Origin: an uncultured Eubacteriales bacterium | GTDB taxonomy: Bacteria > Bacillota > Clostridia > Lachnospirales > JAISER01 | Length of the DNA stretch: 64,000 nucleotides | NCBI GenBank assembly: GCA_964545475.1 | Contig: CAZJGG010000001.1 | Location: forward strand, 6,173 to 70,172 | Reading direction: 5' to 3' | Shown here: positions 18,524 to 28,774 of the stretch, piece by piece | How the letters are laid out: the number at the start of each line of letters is the position of its first letter | Position numbering within the stretch: position 1 is the stretch's first letter | The notes under the pieces: generated by a model | Told to the model about the DNA's origin: nothing | The model's database searches: none | What the model saw: the letters and a program-made list of their open reading frames with translations, nothing else | Made by a program: the position numbers and the translations under genes

Positions 18524-18553
18524 TTGATTAAAAGATGATTAAAGATTGATTAC
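18524..18553. repeat. Tandem (T)TGATTAAA(A)GA repeats (2.5 copies)
   Basis: ttgattaaaaga tgattaaaga ttgatta, read directly from the sequence. Lies between the late regulator and terS. Confidence 0.5.
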
Positions 18554-18633
18554 TTATTAAATAAATTATGTGGTAAGATTGTATCATAAGAAAAAGGCTT
18601 AGAAAGAAGCCCCCTCTTTATACTTTTTCTTTA

Positions 18634-18664
18634 ACGTCAGGTTTGCGCCTGGCGTTTTTATTTT
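18634..18664 (+). terminator. Rho-independent terminator upstream of terS
   Basis: acgtcagg-tttgcg-cctggcgt (8-bp stem with one G.U pair) followed by ttttatttt. Confidence 0.55.
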
Positions 18665-18747
18665 ATTAAGAAAAGGCTTAACAGTTATTATATAAAAAAT
18701 TAACTTATTGTTTTAACACAAAAAGTATGAGGCGGTGGTGATATGTA

Positions 18748-19554
18748 GTGAGCGATAATAAACCGCTGCATGAGCAAGCGTATGATGATTATAAAAATGG
18801 AGCTAAGGGCAAAGATATAGCGCAAAAATACAATGTATCTCCAGCTACAGTACGGTCATGGAAAAGCCGGTACTGGAATAAAAACGATAATGATAATGTG
18901 CAACAATCAAACGATAATGTTGCAACAAAAGACAAGCGTTGCAACGATAATCGCAAGCGTGGCGCACAGCCTGGTAATAAAAATGCAGTAGGCAATTCCG
19001 GCGGTGCTCCTATTGGGTCTAAAAATAATTATAAGCATGGGCTTTATGAAAAATTGAGGTCTACCACCCTTTCATCCGAAGAGCAGGATCTACTTTTAGA
19101 TATTGACACCATTGACATAGAAACCAAGCTTCGCAGGATTATCCGTGAGTGCGACTTAAATATATTAAAGTTTAATAAAGCTATTCATACAGCTGAAACG
19201 ATGCCAGAAAGCGAATATGTGCATAGAGGCATTGAAAAAACGGTTACATCTCACTCTAATAATGATTGTGATAATGAAGAAGACGAATCGTTAGGTAAGA
19301 AAAGTTCTGTTGATACTGTTCAAACCAACACGTTAACCAAACATGACCTTATATTACGGTATGCAAACGAACTGCAAAAATGGGAAGGCAAGCGCATCCG
19401 TTGTATTGAAACCTTGATAAAATACGGGTTTGAGTCTGAAAGGCTTGCGATGGAAAAGAGAAAGCTTGAAATGGATCAGAGCGGTGATGGTAACATGGGT
19501 ATGCTTATTGCAAGCCTAAATAAATCCCGCAAGCAAAGAGGCGATACAGAATGA
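18748..19554 (+). CDS. terS: Terminase small subunit (YjcR-like)
   Basis: N-terminal HTH IAQKYNVSPATVRSWKSRY and GNKNAVGNSGGAPIGSKNNYKHGLY repeats typical of this terS family. GTG start. Confidence 0.75.
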   Translation: MSDNKPLHEQAYDDYKNGAKGKDIAQKYNVSPATVRSWKSRYWNKNDNDNVQQSNDNVATKDKRCNDNRKRGAQPGNKNAVGNSGGAPIGSKNNYKHGLYEKLRSTTLSSEEQDLLLDIDTIDIETKLRRIIRECDLNILKFNKAIHTAETMPESEYVHRGIEKTVTSHSNNDCDNEEDESLGKKSSVDTVQTNTLTKHDLILRYANELQKWEGKRIRCIETLIKYGFESERLAMEKRKLEMDQSGDGNMGMLIASLNKSRKQRGDTE

Positions 19555-20816
19555 TTAACTGGGGTATTTGGGGCGGAAAATCTCTTGATTTTATTCTTAA
19601 TCCTATTGGAAAAGATGCACGCATTAACATTTTAGAGGGTTCGGTACGTTCGTCCAAAACGGTTACAATGATTCCTAAATGGATTGAATATATAAAAAAT
19701 GGTCCTGAAGGGCTTCTTTTAATGACGGGTGTTTCCAAGGATACCGTTTATGATAACGTGCTTAATGATTTATTTGATACATTAGGTCAAAGCAGCTACG
19801 AATACAAAAGTAATTCTGGTAACTTAACTATTTATTGGAAGGATTATTTACCTGACGGAAGAGAAGTAGCTGGACAAAGAAAAATTAAGGTTATTGGCGC
19901 AAAAGATGAGGGTTCAGAAAAATACCTTCGTGGTAAAACTATTGCCGGTGCTTATTGTGATGAACTTTCGCTTATGCCTGAAAAATTCTTTAAACAGCTT
20001 TTAAATCGCTTGTCTGTAAAAGGCGCAAAGCTTTACGGTACTACTAACCCAGACAGCCCTTTTCATTATTTATATGCCGAATATATTACTGACGATAAAA
20101 AGCTTGAAAGTGGAATGGTTAAAATATGGCATTTTGGACTTGATGATAACCCTAATCTTGACGAGGAATACAAAATCTTTGTTCGTTCTGCTTACACCGG
20201 GATGTGGTACGACCGCATGATATTGGGATTATGGGTTATCGGAGAGGGCAGGGTTTATGATATGTTTAATGATTCGCTGTTGTTTGAAGATAAAGATTTG
20301 CCATTTTCTTTCTTGTCAGAATCTTCAAGGTATATTTCTGTGGACTACGGCACATCTAACCCATGCGTATTTTTGGATATTTATGATGACGGAAAGACAT
20401 GTTGGGTTGTAAATGAGTATTATTACGATAGCAAAATAAAAGGCAGCCAAAAGGAAGATGCTCAATATTTGGCAGACATGAATGACTTCGTTGGAAACAA
20501 TCTTCCAAATTATATAATAATAGACCCTAGTGCTTCTTCGTTTAAAGTTACACTTAAAAACAACGGTTACAGAACTAAAGATGCTGATAATTCCGTTAAT
20601 GATGGTATTCGCATGGTTGGAAGCTTGCTTCACCGTGGTTTGCTTAAAATACATAAGCGCTGTGAAAACATGCGTAAAGAATTCGGGGCTTATGTATGGG
20701 ACGAAAAGGCAAAGCTAAGAGGCATCGAACAGGTTGTTAAGCAAAACGACCATGCTATGGATGCCCTTAGATATTTTGTTAAGACTATGATTACTAAAAG
20801 GAGGTTTGCTGCTTAA
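19551..20816 (+). CDS. terL: Terminase large subunit (PBSX/XtmB-like)
   Basis: Walker A-like GSVRSSKT, an acidic CDELS motif after the Walker A, C-terminal nuclease region (VDYG..DHAMDALRY). ATGA overlap with terS. Confidence 0.85.
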   Translation: MINWGIWGGKSLDFILNPIGKDARINILEGSVRSSKTVTMIPKWIEYIKNGPEGLLLMTGVSKDTVYDNVLNDLFDTLGQSSYEYKSNSGNLTIYWKDYLPDGREVAGQRKIKVIGAKDEGSEKYLRGKTIAGAYCDELSLMPEKFFKQLLNRLSVKGAKLYGTTNPDSPFHYLYAEYITDDKKLESGMVKIWHFGLDDNPNLDEEYKIFVRSAYTGMWYDRMILGLWVIGEGRVYDMFNDSLLFEDKDLPFSFLSESSRYISVDYGTSNPCVFLDIYDDGKTCWVVNEYYYDSKIKGSQKEDAQYLADMNDFVGNNLPNYIIIDPSASSFKVTLKNNGYRTKDADNSVNDGIRMVGSLLHRGLLKIHKRCENMRKEFGAYVWDEKAKLRGIEQVVKQNDHAMDALRYFVKTMITKRRFAA

Positions 20817-22501
20817 TGGGTAAAAGACGTATTAAAGATAAAAAACACGAAACAGCTTACAGCAAACAATACAGCAACCTTCCTGTTGGACTTTCTCTTG
20901 GTTATCCTCTTCCGGGCATAGGCTTGACTATGGATGGTTTTTCAAACCCACTTGCCCGAATGGGTTCGGGTACTCAAAATTTGCTAGAAGCTACTCAATA
21001 CACGATGTCCAAAATGACACGCAACAGCCAATTGATTAACACCCTGTACCGTGAAAATTGGATTATTAAGAGGATTATAGATACTATGCCAGAAGATATG
21101 ATAAAAAACTGGTATAAAATAGAAACTCAGTTACCACCGGATGACATAAGAAGGTTTGCAAGGCTTGAACGAACTACAAATATTCGTGCAAAAATTCTTG
21201 AGGGTTTAAGATGGGGCAGGCTATACGGAGGCGCAGCGGCTGTTATTATTATTGACGGACAAGATGATATCTTAGATCAACCTTTGGAATTAGATATGAT
21301 TATGCCTGGAAGTTTTAAGGGCTTAATCATACTTGACCGTTGGAGCGGCATATCTCCTAGCCTTGGATTAGTAACAGATATAAATGATATTAACTTTGGA
21401 TTACCGGAATACTACATTATTACTTCTGACGAATTAGGGACAGGAATTAAAGTACATCATTCTCGAATATTGCGCTTTATCGGACGTGATTTGCCATATA
21501 TCGAAAAGGTGGGCGAACAATACTGGGGCGCATCAGAACTTGAGCACGTTTATGAAGAACTAAAAAAGCGTGATAATACCAGTTGGAATATAGCAAGTCT
21601 TATATTTTCTGCTAATCTCAAGGTTTACAAAATGGATGGTATGGAGCAAATTGCTTTGTTACCAGAAAAGCAGCAATTAGATTTATACAAAACGTTATCT
21701 TGTCTCAATATGACAATGAATTCTAATGGTATGCAAGTTATTGGCATGAACGATTCATTTGAAACACATCAGTATTCGTTCTCTGGTTTATCCGATATAT
21801 ATGAACTTTTTATGCTTGATATAGCCGGAGCTGCTGAAACGCCTGTAACTAAGTTGTTTGGGCGTTCCCCTGCCGGAATGAATGCTACTGGCGAAAGTGA
21901 TATGCAAAATTACTATGACACAATTGAAGAAAAGCAGGAAAGCTATTTGCGCCCCGTCATTGATAGGTTGCTGCCTATTATGTGTATGTCAGAATTTGGT
22001 GCTGTTCCCGATGATTTAGATTATAGCTTTGTTAGCTGCAGACGACCAACAGAGCAAGAAAAGAAAAACCTGGCTCAACAAGTTGCGGGAGCTGTTAATG
22101 AACTATACAATTCAGGAATTATAAGCCATAGAATAGCACTTAAAGAATTAAAGCAGTCTTCAGAATTGACTGGTATGTGGTCTAATATAACCGATGAAGA
22201 TATAGATAGGGCAAGCGATAGCTTTGAAATTGGCGGTGAGTATTCGGAAATAGAATTTCCTAATTCCAAACCTGATGAAATAGATTTATCTGAAGGACAA
22301 GAATCCACTGTAAGTGAAATAGCAAACATTTTGAACGGAGCGCAAGGATCTAGTCTAGTTGGTATTGTTCAATCGGTTAATTCAGGGGCATTGCCAAGAA
22401 GTTCAGGTATTGCGATGATAATGTCCGCTTTTGGATACACACAAGAAAAAGCAGAAGAGGTTATGGGTAACGCTGGTTTGGAGGGTAATTCGCTTGAATA
22501 A
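20816..22501 (+). CDS. Portal protein (DUF1073-like)
   Basis: Position after terL, size of 561 aa, GLRWGRLYGGAAAVIIIDG motif. Confidence 0.8.
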   Translation: MGKRRIKDKKHETAYSKQYSNLPVGLSLGYPLPGIGLTMDGFSNPLARMGSGTQNLLEATQYTMSKMTRNSQLINTLYRENWIIKRIIDTMPEDMIKNWYKIETQLPPDDIRRFARLERTTNIRAKILEGLRWGRLYGGAAAVIIIDGQDDILDQPLELDMIMPGSFKGLIILDRWSGISPSLGLVTDINDINFGLPEYYIITSDELGTGIKVHHSRILRFIGRDLPYIEKVGEQYWGASELEHVYEELKKRDNTSWNIASLIFSANLKVYKMDGMEQIALLPEKQQLDLYKTLSCLNMTMNSNGMQVIGMNDSFETHQYSFSGLSDIYELFMLDIAGAAETPVTKLFGRSPAGMNATGESDMQNYYDTIEEKQESYLRPVIDRLLPIMCMSEFGAVPDDLDYSFVSCRRPTEQEKKNLAQQVAGAVNELYNSGIISHRIALKELKQSSELTGMWSNITDEDIDRASDSFEIGGEYSEIEFPNSKPDEIDLSEGQESTVSEIANILNGAQGSSLVGIVQSVNSGALPRSSGIAMIMSAFGYTQEKAEEVMGNAGLEGNSLE

Positions 22502-23366
22502 CAAACCTTATGAATACTGGAAACCAATAAAACGCATTGAAAGAGGCTATAGCAGGTCTCTTATTTTTTTGGTTAGACTTATGCAGAATGCGGTCGGTGA
22601 GACAAAAGACCCTCAAAAAATAGTATCTGCTTTAAAAGCGCTTTCTCAACAAAAGGCATTTAAAAAACATTGTGAAAGCTCAGCGATGACAATGGTTACT
22701 CAACTTTACAAGAAAAACAATATAGGTTGGCGACAAGCCGCACTAACCAATGGCAAAGGTAAAAACATTTATAACGCCATAATGAGAGAAATAAAAAGCG
22801 GAATGGTAGGTAATATTTTAAATGAGCAAATAGCTATTAATGCAGCTTACATAAAAACATTTCCTATAGACATCGCCACTGAATTAACAGATCGTATTGA
22901 GTATGAAACTTTCAAAGGTTTACGTGCTTCTGAAATTGCAGAGGGTATTCAGCAAGAGTTTCCGCTGAAAGCAAAATCACGAATTGAGCTAATTGCCAGA
23001 ACTGAGGTAAGTAAAACCCAATGCGCATTAGTACAGGCAAGAGCAGAGAATTTAGGACTTAATTGGTATATTTGGCGAACCTCACATGACGAACGAGTAA
23101 GAAGCTCTCACGACTTTATGGAGGGTGTTTTGGTAAGGTGGAGTGATCCTCCAAGTCCAGAAGCTTTGGCAATAGCGTATGGAAGCAAAAAGGGGAAAGG
23201 CAAACCCGAGCGACCATATGGCAAATATCATGCCGGAAACACTTTTAATTGCCGGTGTTACTCAGAGCCTGTAATTGATATTACGGATATTACTTTTCCG
23301 TGTAAAGTCTATTATAATGGAAATATTGTTAAAATGAAAAAAAGCGACTTTGAAAAAATCGCTTGA
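22494..23366 (+). CDS. Head morphogenesis protein (SPP1 gp7 / Mu F-like)
   Basis: RTEVSK...SSHDFMEGVLVRWSD...NCRCY motifs. TTG 22494 with GGAGGG RBS. Confidence 0.75.
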   Translation: MNNKPYEYWKPIKRIERGYSRSLIFLVRLMQNAVGETKDPQKIVSALKALSQQKAFKKHCESSAMTMVTQLYKKNNIGWRQAALTNGKGKNIYNAIMREIKSGMVGNILNEQIAINAAYIKTFPIDIATELTDRIEYETFKGLRASEIAEGIQQEFPLKAKSRIELIARTEVSKTQCALVQARAENLGLNWYIWRTSHDERVRSSHDFMEGVLVRWSDPPSPEALAIAYGSKKGKGKPERPYGKYHAGNTFNCRCYSEPVIDITDITFPCKVYYNGNIVKMKKSDFEKIA

Positions 23367-23380
23367 AACAGAGGTTAAAT

Positions 23381-24736
23381 ATGAGAGCTTATTATGCAAG
23401 CAAAATATCTGATAATATGGCACGGACGCCAGAGGGCTATTTAATTTGCTACAATGTGCCAATATCAAGAACCGGTATGCAAGAATATTTAGGTCGTGAA
23501 ATTGGATTAACCGGAGAATTTGAAAATACATTGATTCCGGTTTATAGATACTCTGATGACGTTTTTAACGTAGCAGCTCTTGCAAGCTTCGAAGGTAAGC
23601 CTGTTACAGATGACCATCCGTTTGAAAGTGTACGCCCTGACAATATAAGCAGATTTTTAAAAGGTGTTGCAACAAACATACGGCAAGGTAAAGATGATTA
23701 TAGCGACACTGTTGTGGCTGATTTAATAATATATGATTCTATTTTAATTTCTGAAATAGAATCAGGTAAAAGAGAAATTTCGTGCGGGTATGATTGTGTT
23801 TACGAGCAAAACGAAAAGGGCGAGTTTTGCCAGAAGAGAATTGAAGGCAATCATGTAGCTGTCGTTGGGGAAGGACGGGCAGGCGACAGAATAGCAATTA
23901 AAGATAATAATGTTAAAAAACCCGAAGGGAGATATAAATATATGTCTAGAAGTAAGAAAAAAGGCAATAACAGCGTTACAGGAGCACTTGCAAGAATATT
24001 ACCAATGTTTTCAAAAGATGCAGCACCAGAGGATATATCTGATGCTGTTGAAGCTTTAGTCGACAGTATCGCAGAATCTAACCAGGATGAGGAACCGCCT
24101 GTAAACCATCCGGCGCAAGCAGACAATGGCCCACCCCCGGAAAAAGACGATGAAACAACAGCTTTGTTACAGCAAATTGCTTCTACATTACAAAACCTTA
24201 CATCTCGCATTGAAAGCATGGAAGCGGCTAAAGTTACTGCAGATGATCCACTTTCAAAACTTGAAGTAGAGCTTTCCGGTGAAGAAGGTGGAGAGGAAGC
24301 TGTAACCATACCCGTTGAAGAAATGGACGAGGAAGCAGAAGATGAAGAAACCGAAGATGAAAATGTAGATGATGAGGAATATTCTCAAGATTCCGAAGGC
24401 GTTGTCTCCTCACCATCTGAACGCCCCGAAAACCCTATAGCTAATGCGGATAGAAAAGCAGTTTTAAAAGAAATACGTGCAATTAAGCCCGCAATTGCGC
24501 AAATTAAAGACAAAAAGCTTCAAAAGCAAGTATCTGATAGTCTTGCAAAAGTTTACCGACAAAGCTTAGGGCTTTCCAACAACAAAAAAAGTAACATTGG
24601 TTATGCGGGAATCATGAATACAAAACAAATGAAAGCACAGCAAATGGACAGTAAAATCCGCAAACAAAAGACAAATGATGATCAACTAGGTAAAGAAATT
24701 GCGAAAAAGTTTAATCCGCACTATAAAAATAAATAA
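23381..24736 (+). CDS. Scaffold / prohead-associated protein (DUF2213-like) with acidic C-terminal half
   Basis: N-terminus RTPEGYLICYNVPISRTGMQEY...FEGKPVTDDHP. Position before the capsid gene. Long E/D-rich region. Confidence 0.55.
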   Translation: MRAYYASKISDNMARTPEGYLICYNVPISRTGMQEYLGREIGLTGEFENTLIPVYRYSDDVFNVAALASFEGKPVTDDHPFESVRPDNISRFLKGVATNIRQGKDDYSDTVVADLIIYDSILISEIESGKREISCGYDCVYEQNEKGEFCQKRIEGNHVAVVGEGRAGDRIAIKDNNVKKPEGRYKYMSRSKKKGNNSVTGALARILPMFSKDAAPEDISDAVEALVDSIAESNQDEEPPVNHPAQADNGPPPEKDDETTALLQQIASTLQNLTSRIESMEAAKVTADDPLSKLEVELSGEEGGEEAVTIPVEEMDEEAEDEETEDENVDDEEYSQDSEGVVSSPSERPENPIANADRKAVLKEIRAIKPAIAQIKDKKLQKQVSDSLAKVYRQSLGLSNNKKSNIGYAGIMNTKQMKAQQMDSKIRKQKTNDDQLGKEIAKKFNPHYKNK

Positions 24737-24750
24737 GAGGAGGAAATACA

Positions 24751-25251
24751 ATGCCTGGTAAAGTAATTGGCACGTCTTTAAATTTAGGTTATCCCGGCAG
24801 TTTTAGCCGGATGAGCGATTGCGTTATAAGCAATCGAACCGCAAAGGATAAAATTCCTTTTGGTGCTCCTGTTGTTCTTAATGATGATAACACATATTCA
24901 CTTTTCGCTACAGGAAATACCGCTGATGATTTCGTTGGTGTTGCTGTTAGAGAAGTTAAGCAACAAACAGATTTTTACGAAGTTAGCGGGATATATAATA
25001 AAGGTGAGCCTACAGATGTATTACTTCGTGGCTCTGTTACAGTAGAAATTAAAAACGGTACACCAAAAGCGCAAGGAATAGTTTATATACGCACAGCACT
25101 TAATAGTTCTTATCCCAATTCGGAAATAGGAGACTTTGAGGCTGCAGCAGACGGTATAAATACAGTTGAATTAAAAAATGTTAAATTTACGACCGGGCAG
25201 ATTGATGGAAACGGCGTTGCCGAAATTACAATCTTGACCCGTCAAGCGTAA
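24751..25251 (+). CDS. Head structural/decoration protein, putative
   Basis: Strong RBS. Assigned by position between scaffold and capsid only. Confidence 0.4.
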   Translation: MPGKVIGTSLNLGYPGSFSRMSDCVISNRTAKDKIPFGAPVVLNDDNTYSLFATGNTADDFVGVAVREVKQQTDFYEVSGIYNKGEPTDVLLRGSVTVEIKNGTPKAQGIVYIRTALNSSYPNSEIGDFEAAADGINTVELKNVKFTTGQIDGNGVAEITILTRQA

Positions 25252-25262
25252 GGAGGGTGTTT

Positions 25263-26294
25263 ATGAGTTTTGGATTAAACAGTTTAAGAGGCGGTGTACC
25301 GGTTGTTGAGATGAAAGGTTCTTCAAACCCAATAGCAATGCAAGATGTGGCTATTGCCGGTGGTATGGCTTTTCTTATGGGGGAACTTGAAAAAAGAGAC
25401 CCTAAACTTAGAGAACCTTTAACGTCTGTTACATGGCCAAGAGATATTGTCGCTAAAACAGGCGGCGGTTGGGTAGACTTTACCTCTACATATAACGTGT
25501 CTTATGCAACCACAGGCAGTAACCAAAATGGCATAATTGGCGGTCAGACCAATAATATACCTGTTATTCAGGCAGATGTTGGCAAGGACACTCACAAAGT
25601 GTTTACATGGGCAAATAACCTTAAAGTGCCCTTCGTAGACCAGCAGAAGCTTCAAGGAATAGGCAGAAGCCTTGATGAAATGCTTGATAAAGGCATACGT
25701 TTAAATCATGACAAGACACTTGACATGAACGCGTATATGGGCTTTCCGGACATAGGAACATATGGGCTTGTAAATAACCCTAACATTACAACAGCATTAT
25801 CCCCAATGGGAGTACAAAGTTCAAGATTGTGGAAAGACAAATCCCCAGATGAAATACTAAGGGAAATAAACCAAATTATGCAGGAGACATGGGCAGCCTC
25901 TGAATACGATACAAACGGCATGGCTAACCATATTTTATTGCCACCACTGCTTTTTACATACCTTGTACAAACACCTGTCGCTATAGGCGGTACTAACGGT
26001 GCTATATCTATTCTTAAATATCTTCTGGAAAATAATATCGGCATTAATCAGGGCGTAGAACTTTCTATTGTGCCATGCCGTTGGTGTGTTGGTGCCGGTG
26101 AAGGTGGAACTGACAGAATGGTAGCTTATGCAAATGATGAAGATATGGTTAATTTTGATATGACAGTTCCTTTACAAAGGGCTATGACACAGCCTGATGT
26201 AAATCACTTAGCATATTTAACCGCTTATGTTGCACAATTTGGTGAAGTTAAGTATATGTATTTATCGCCTGCAAAATACTACGACGGCATTTAA
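25263..26294 (+). CDS. Major capsid protein (DUF2184/HK97-fold-like)
   Basis: Position, size of about 344 aa, AAGGAGGG RBS. Gene order matches the DUF1073-portal/DUF2213 type head module. Confidence 0.65.
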   Translation: MSFGLNSLRGGVPVVEMKGSSNPIAMQDVAIAGGMAFLMGELEKRDPKLREPLTSVTWPRDIVAKTGGGWVDFTSTYNVSYATTGSNQNGIIGGQTNNIPVIQADVGKDTHKVFTWANNLKVPFVDQQKLQGIGRSLDEMLDKGIRLNHDKTLDMNAYMGFPDIGTYGLVNNPNITTALSPMGVQSSRLWKDKSPDEILREINQIMQETWAASEYDTNGMANHILLPPLLFTYLVQTPVAIGGTNGAISILKYLLENNIGINQGVELSIVPCRWCVGAGEGGTDRMVAYANDEDMVNFDMTVPLQRAMTQPDVNHLAYLTAYVAQFGEVKYMYLSPAKYYDGI

Positions 26295-26320
26295 TTGTCT
26301 ATGAAAGGGGCGCAATATTA

Positions 26321-26707
26321 ATGAATGTTCGGATAATTGCAAAAAAAGCGTATGAATTTAAAACTGATGATACGCCGGATAAAGTGCTAAAGGTAAAGGT
26401 TGACCCTTTTGTTGTAACTTCTGTCCCGGATTGGGTGATAAAAACTGATTTATTTAAGCTTGCACAAAAAAGCGGTAATGTAGAGCTTATGAGTGATATA
26501 ACACAGGAAATGTCGCTATCCGAAATAGAAGAGCTTCAAGAGTTAGCAAAATTTTATAACATAAAAAACTATAAAAATATGAAACTTGCCACCCTTAAAG
26601 AAAAAGTTGCAGATGCTAAAGCAAAAGCAGAAGAACAAACGACTAACGGAGTGCATAGCGGCGAACCGCCGGAATACGAAAATGATACAGAAGAAGAGCA
26701 AAATTAA
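26321..26707 (+). CDS. Hypothetical head-module protein (acidic C-terminus)
   Basis: ORF with RBS, assigned by position. Confidence 0.4.
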   Translation: MNVRIIAKKAYEFKTDDTPDKVLKVKVDPFVVTSVPDWVIKTDLFKLAQKSGNVELMSDITQEMSLSEIEELQELAKFYNIKNYKNMKLATLKEKVADAKAKAEEQTTNGVHSGEPPEYENDTEEEQN

Positions 26708-26721
26708 GGGGATGAGATTAT

Positions 26722-27204
26722 ATGAACATCTCCTTAATTATTGCTGGAGCATCAAACATAAAGGGAGGGGACAACCCTCCTTTTACTGTTGAAGACTTTA
26801 AAACTCTTTATCCCCACTTTTTTGTAGTTACAGAAAATGAAACTGAACCGCTTGCTCCAATGGCTGTTATTGAAGCTTGCATTAGATTAGCCGACAGCTC
26901 AGTTAAAAAATCAAGGTATCATGAGGCGTGGGAAATTTGCATGGGTTTATTTGTTGCTCATTTTATCACGTTATACTTGCAAACGCTATCTGAGCCTAAC
27001 GGCGGTGCAAACGCTGCAGCACAAGCAGGGCTTACAAAGGGCATTATATCATCTGCATCAGTAGACGGTGTATCAGTGTCTTATGATTTAAACCAGTCGT
27101 TAGCAGATTTAGACGGTTGGGCAGCTTGGAAACTTACAAATTATGGCGTTCAGCTTGCCACATTTGCCAAGTTGTTTAGTATGGGCGGCATGTACATTCC
27201 ATAG
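26722..27204 (+). CDS. Head-tail connector/adaptor (DUF4054-like), putative
   Basis: Position and size. Weak recollection of the family. Confidence 0.45.
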   Translation: MNISLIIAGASNIKGGDNPPFTVEDFKTLYPHFFVVTENETEPLAPMAVIEACIRLADSSVKKSRYHEAWEICMGLFVAHFITLYLQTLSEPNGGANAAAQAGLTKGIISSASVDGVSVSYDLNQSLADLDGWAAWKLTNYGVQLATFAKLFSMGGMYIP

Positions 27205-27219
27205 CCAGGAGGTATCGTC

Positions 27220-27759
27220 ATGCTTGAATTTGTTGCCAGCGTAGTAACAAACGATGATAAATTAAAGCTTGTATTTTCAGCTGTTAGAGAAATGAAAAAT
27301 CTTGAAGTGTTAGTAGGCATACCTGAAGAAGATAGCTCCAGACCTCCAACAGATGATAACAAGGGTAGCCCTGCTACGAACGCAGAGCTTCTTTATATTC
27401 ACACAAACGGATCCCCAATAAATAATATACCGCCCCGCCCTGTCATAGAACCAGCTATAAATGATGCCAAAGAATTAATATCAGAAAACCTAAAACAAGC
27501 ATCAATAAGTGCATTTGACGGCAATATACAAGGGTTTATGCAAAACCTTGAAAAAGCTGGATTAAGAGGTGAAAATGCCGCTAAGGATTGGTTTACAAAT
27601 CCAAAAAATAATTGGGCACCAAACTCCACTATTACCATTGAAGGTACTGAAGCTTATAAAAATGGTGAGAAATTTATAAAAGGAAAAAAAAGCAGCAATC
27701 CTCTTATTGACACTGGGGAATTAAGAAAGTCAATTACTCACGTTGTAAGAAAGAAGTGA
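27220..27759 (+). CDS. Neck/head-closure protein, putative
   Basis: AGGAGG RBS, assigned by position. Confidence 0.4.
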   Translation: MLEFVASVVTNDDKLKLVFSAVREMKNLEVLVGIPEEDSSRPPTDDNKGSPATNAELLYIHTNGSPINNIPPRPVIEPAINDAKELISENLKQASISAFDGNIQGFMQNLEKAGLRGENAAKDWFTNPKNNWAPNSTITIEGTEAYKNGEKFIKGKKSSNPLIDTGELRKSITHVVRKK

Positions 27760-27763
27760 TTAG

Positions 27764-28156
27764 ATGATAAACGTAAGCCAGCTCATGACAGACTCTAATT
27801 TTTCAACAAGCTATAAAGTTCATCGCACAATAGGAAAATGGGTTAATGGGCGATTCGTCTTAGGGGATGAAAAAATACTTACCTATTATGGGCCTGTGCA
27901 GCCAGCAGATAGTGATGACTTAGAACAGCTTCCAGAAGGTGATAGGCAAAAAGGAATAATGAAGTTTTTTTGTGCTCCTCCTAATGACATATTCATAACC
28001 ATGGATAACAATAACACCGAAGACGAGGAACACTTTACATCTGACGTAATTGAATACGACAAGAAGTTATATAAAATTATTAAAGTTACGCCTTGGAGAC
28101 ATAACGGCTTTATAAGAGCCTTTGGCTATAAAATAGGTGCCGTTCAAGCGGGGTGA
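27764..28156 (+). CDS. Neck/tail-completion protein, putative
   Basis: Position only. Confidence 0.4.
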   Translation: MINVSQLMTDSNFSTSYKVHRTIGKWVNGRFVLGDEKILTYYGPVQPADSDDLEQLPEGDRQKGIMKFFCAPPNDIFITMDNNNTEDEEHFTSDVIEYDKKLYKIIKVTPWRHNGFIRAFGYKIGAVQAG

Positions 28157-28161
28157 GCTAG

Positions 28162-28767
28162 ATGCCAGAAATTATAAAAACAGCGGAGGAAATTGAAGAC
28201 TTATTCCGCTTAGTGGTTTTAACTATTTTAAAACTTGATCCTAATAAAAACAACAAGCGTGTAAGATTCCCTTGGGGCTCTAATTTAAAAGCTGGTATAG
28301 GCAGCGCACCTGCATGGAAAAAAGAAGAAGATGTCTGTTTAATATATGAACTTCCGCAGGATGATGGCTATAACAGACGGCGAAATAGGAGTTATGCTGA
28401 CCAAGGCGGCAGAGACTTAATTGCAGTTGATGAGCATACTGACGTTCATTATTTTAATTTTGTAAATTACGGACCTAATGCCTATGAATTTGCCAGAGAT
28501 ATACGTGACGGATTATTCCTTGACGAAACTCGTAGACTCTTAAGTAAAAATAATTTTTATTTAGTGACGGATGTTCCAGCTATAAAACGTATACCAGAAC
28601 TTTGGAACGGCGAATGGTGGAATAGAGCAGATATTTCAGCGATTTTTAACGAATATGTCCGCAGAGAAAGCACTATGATGGTGATTGAAAAAGTACCTTT
28701 AACAGTTACGGAAGTCACCAGTCGTGGGCATACTCTATCAAGAAAAGAAATTATAGAAAGAGGTTAA
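28162..28767 (+). CDS. Tail-completion/sheath-terminator protein, putative
   Basis: Position only. Confidence 0.4.
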   Translation: MPEIIKTAEEIEDLFRLVVLTILKLDPNKNNKRVRFPWGSNLKAGIGSAPAWKKEEDVCLIYELPQDDGYNRRRNRSYADQGGRDLIAVDEHTDVHYFNFVNYGPNAYEFARDIRDGLFLDETRRLLSKNNFYLVTDVPAIKRIPELWNGEWWNRADISAIFNEYVRRESTMMVIEKVPLTVTEVTSRGHTLSRKEIIERG

Positions 28768-28774
28768 TTACAAT

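Noticed and set aside
22431-22493. Longer N-terminus for the head morphogenesis protein (and similar 5' extensions at 23363, 25257, 34972, 35435, 37410, 43092, 47934, 50645, 50776, 53397, 57895 and 57991)
   Set aside because: In each case an internal start is preceded by a good Shine-Dalgarno at 5-10 nt and removes a long overlap with the upstream gene. The ORF-track start is simply the first in-frame start-type codon.
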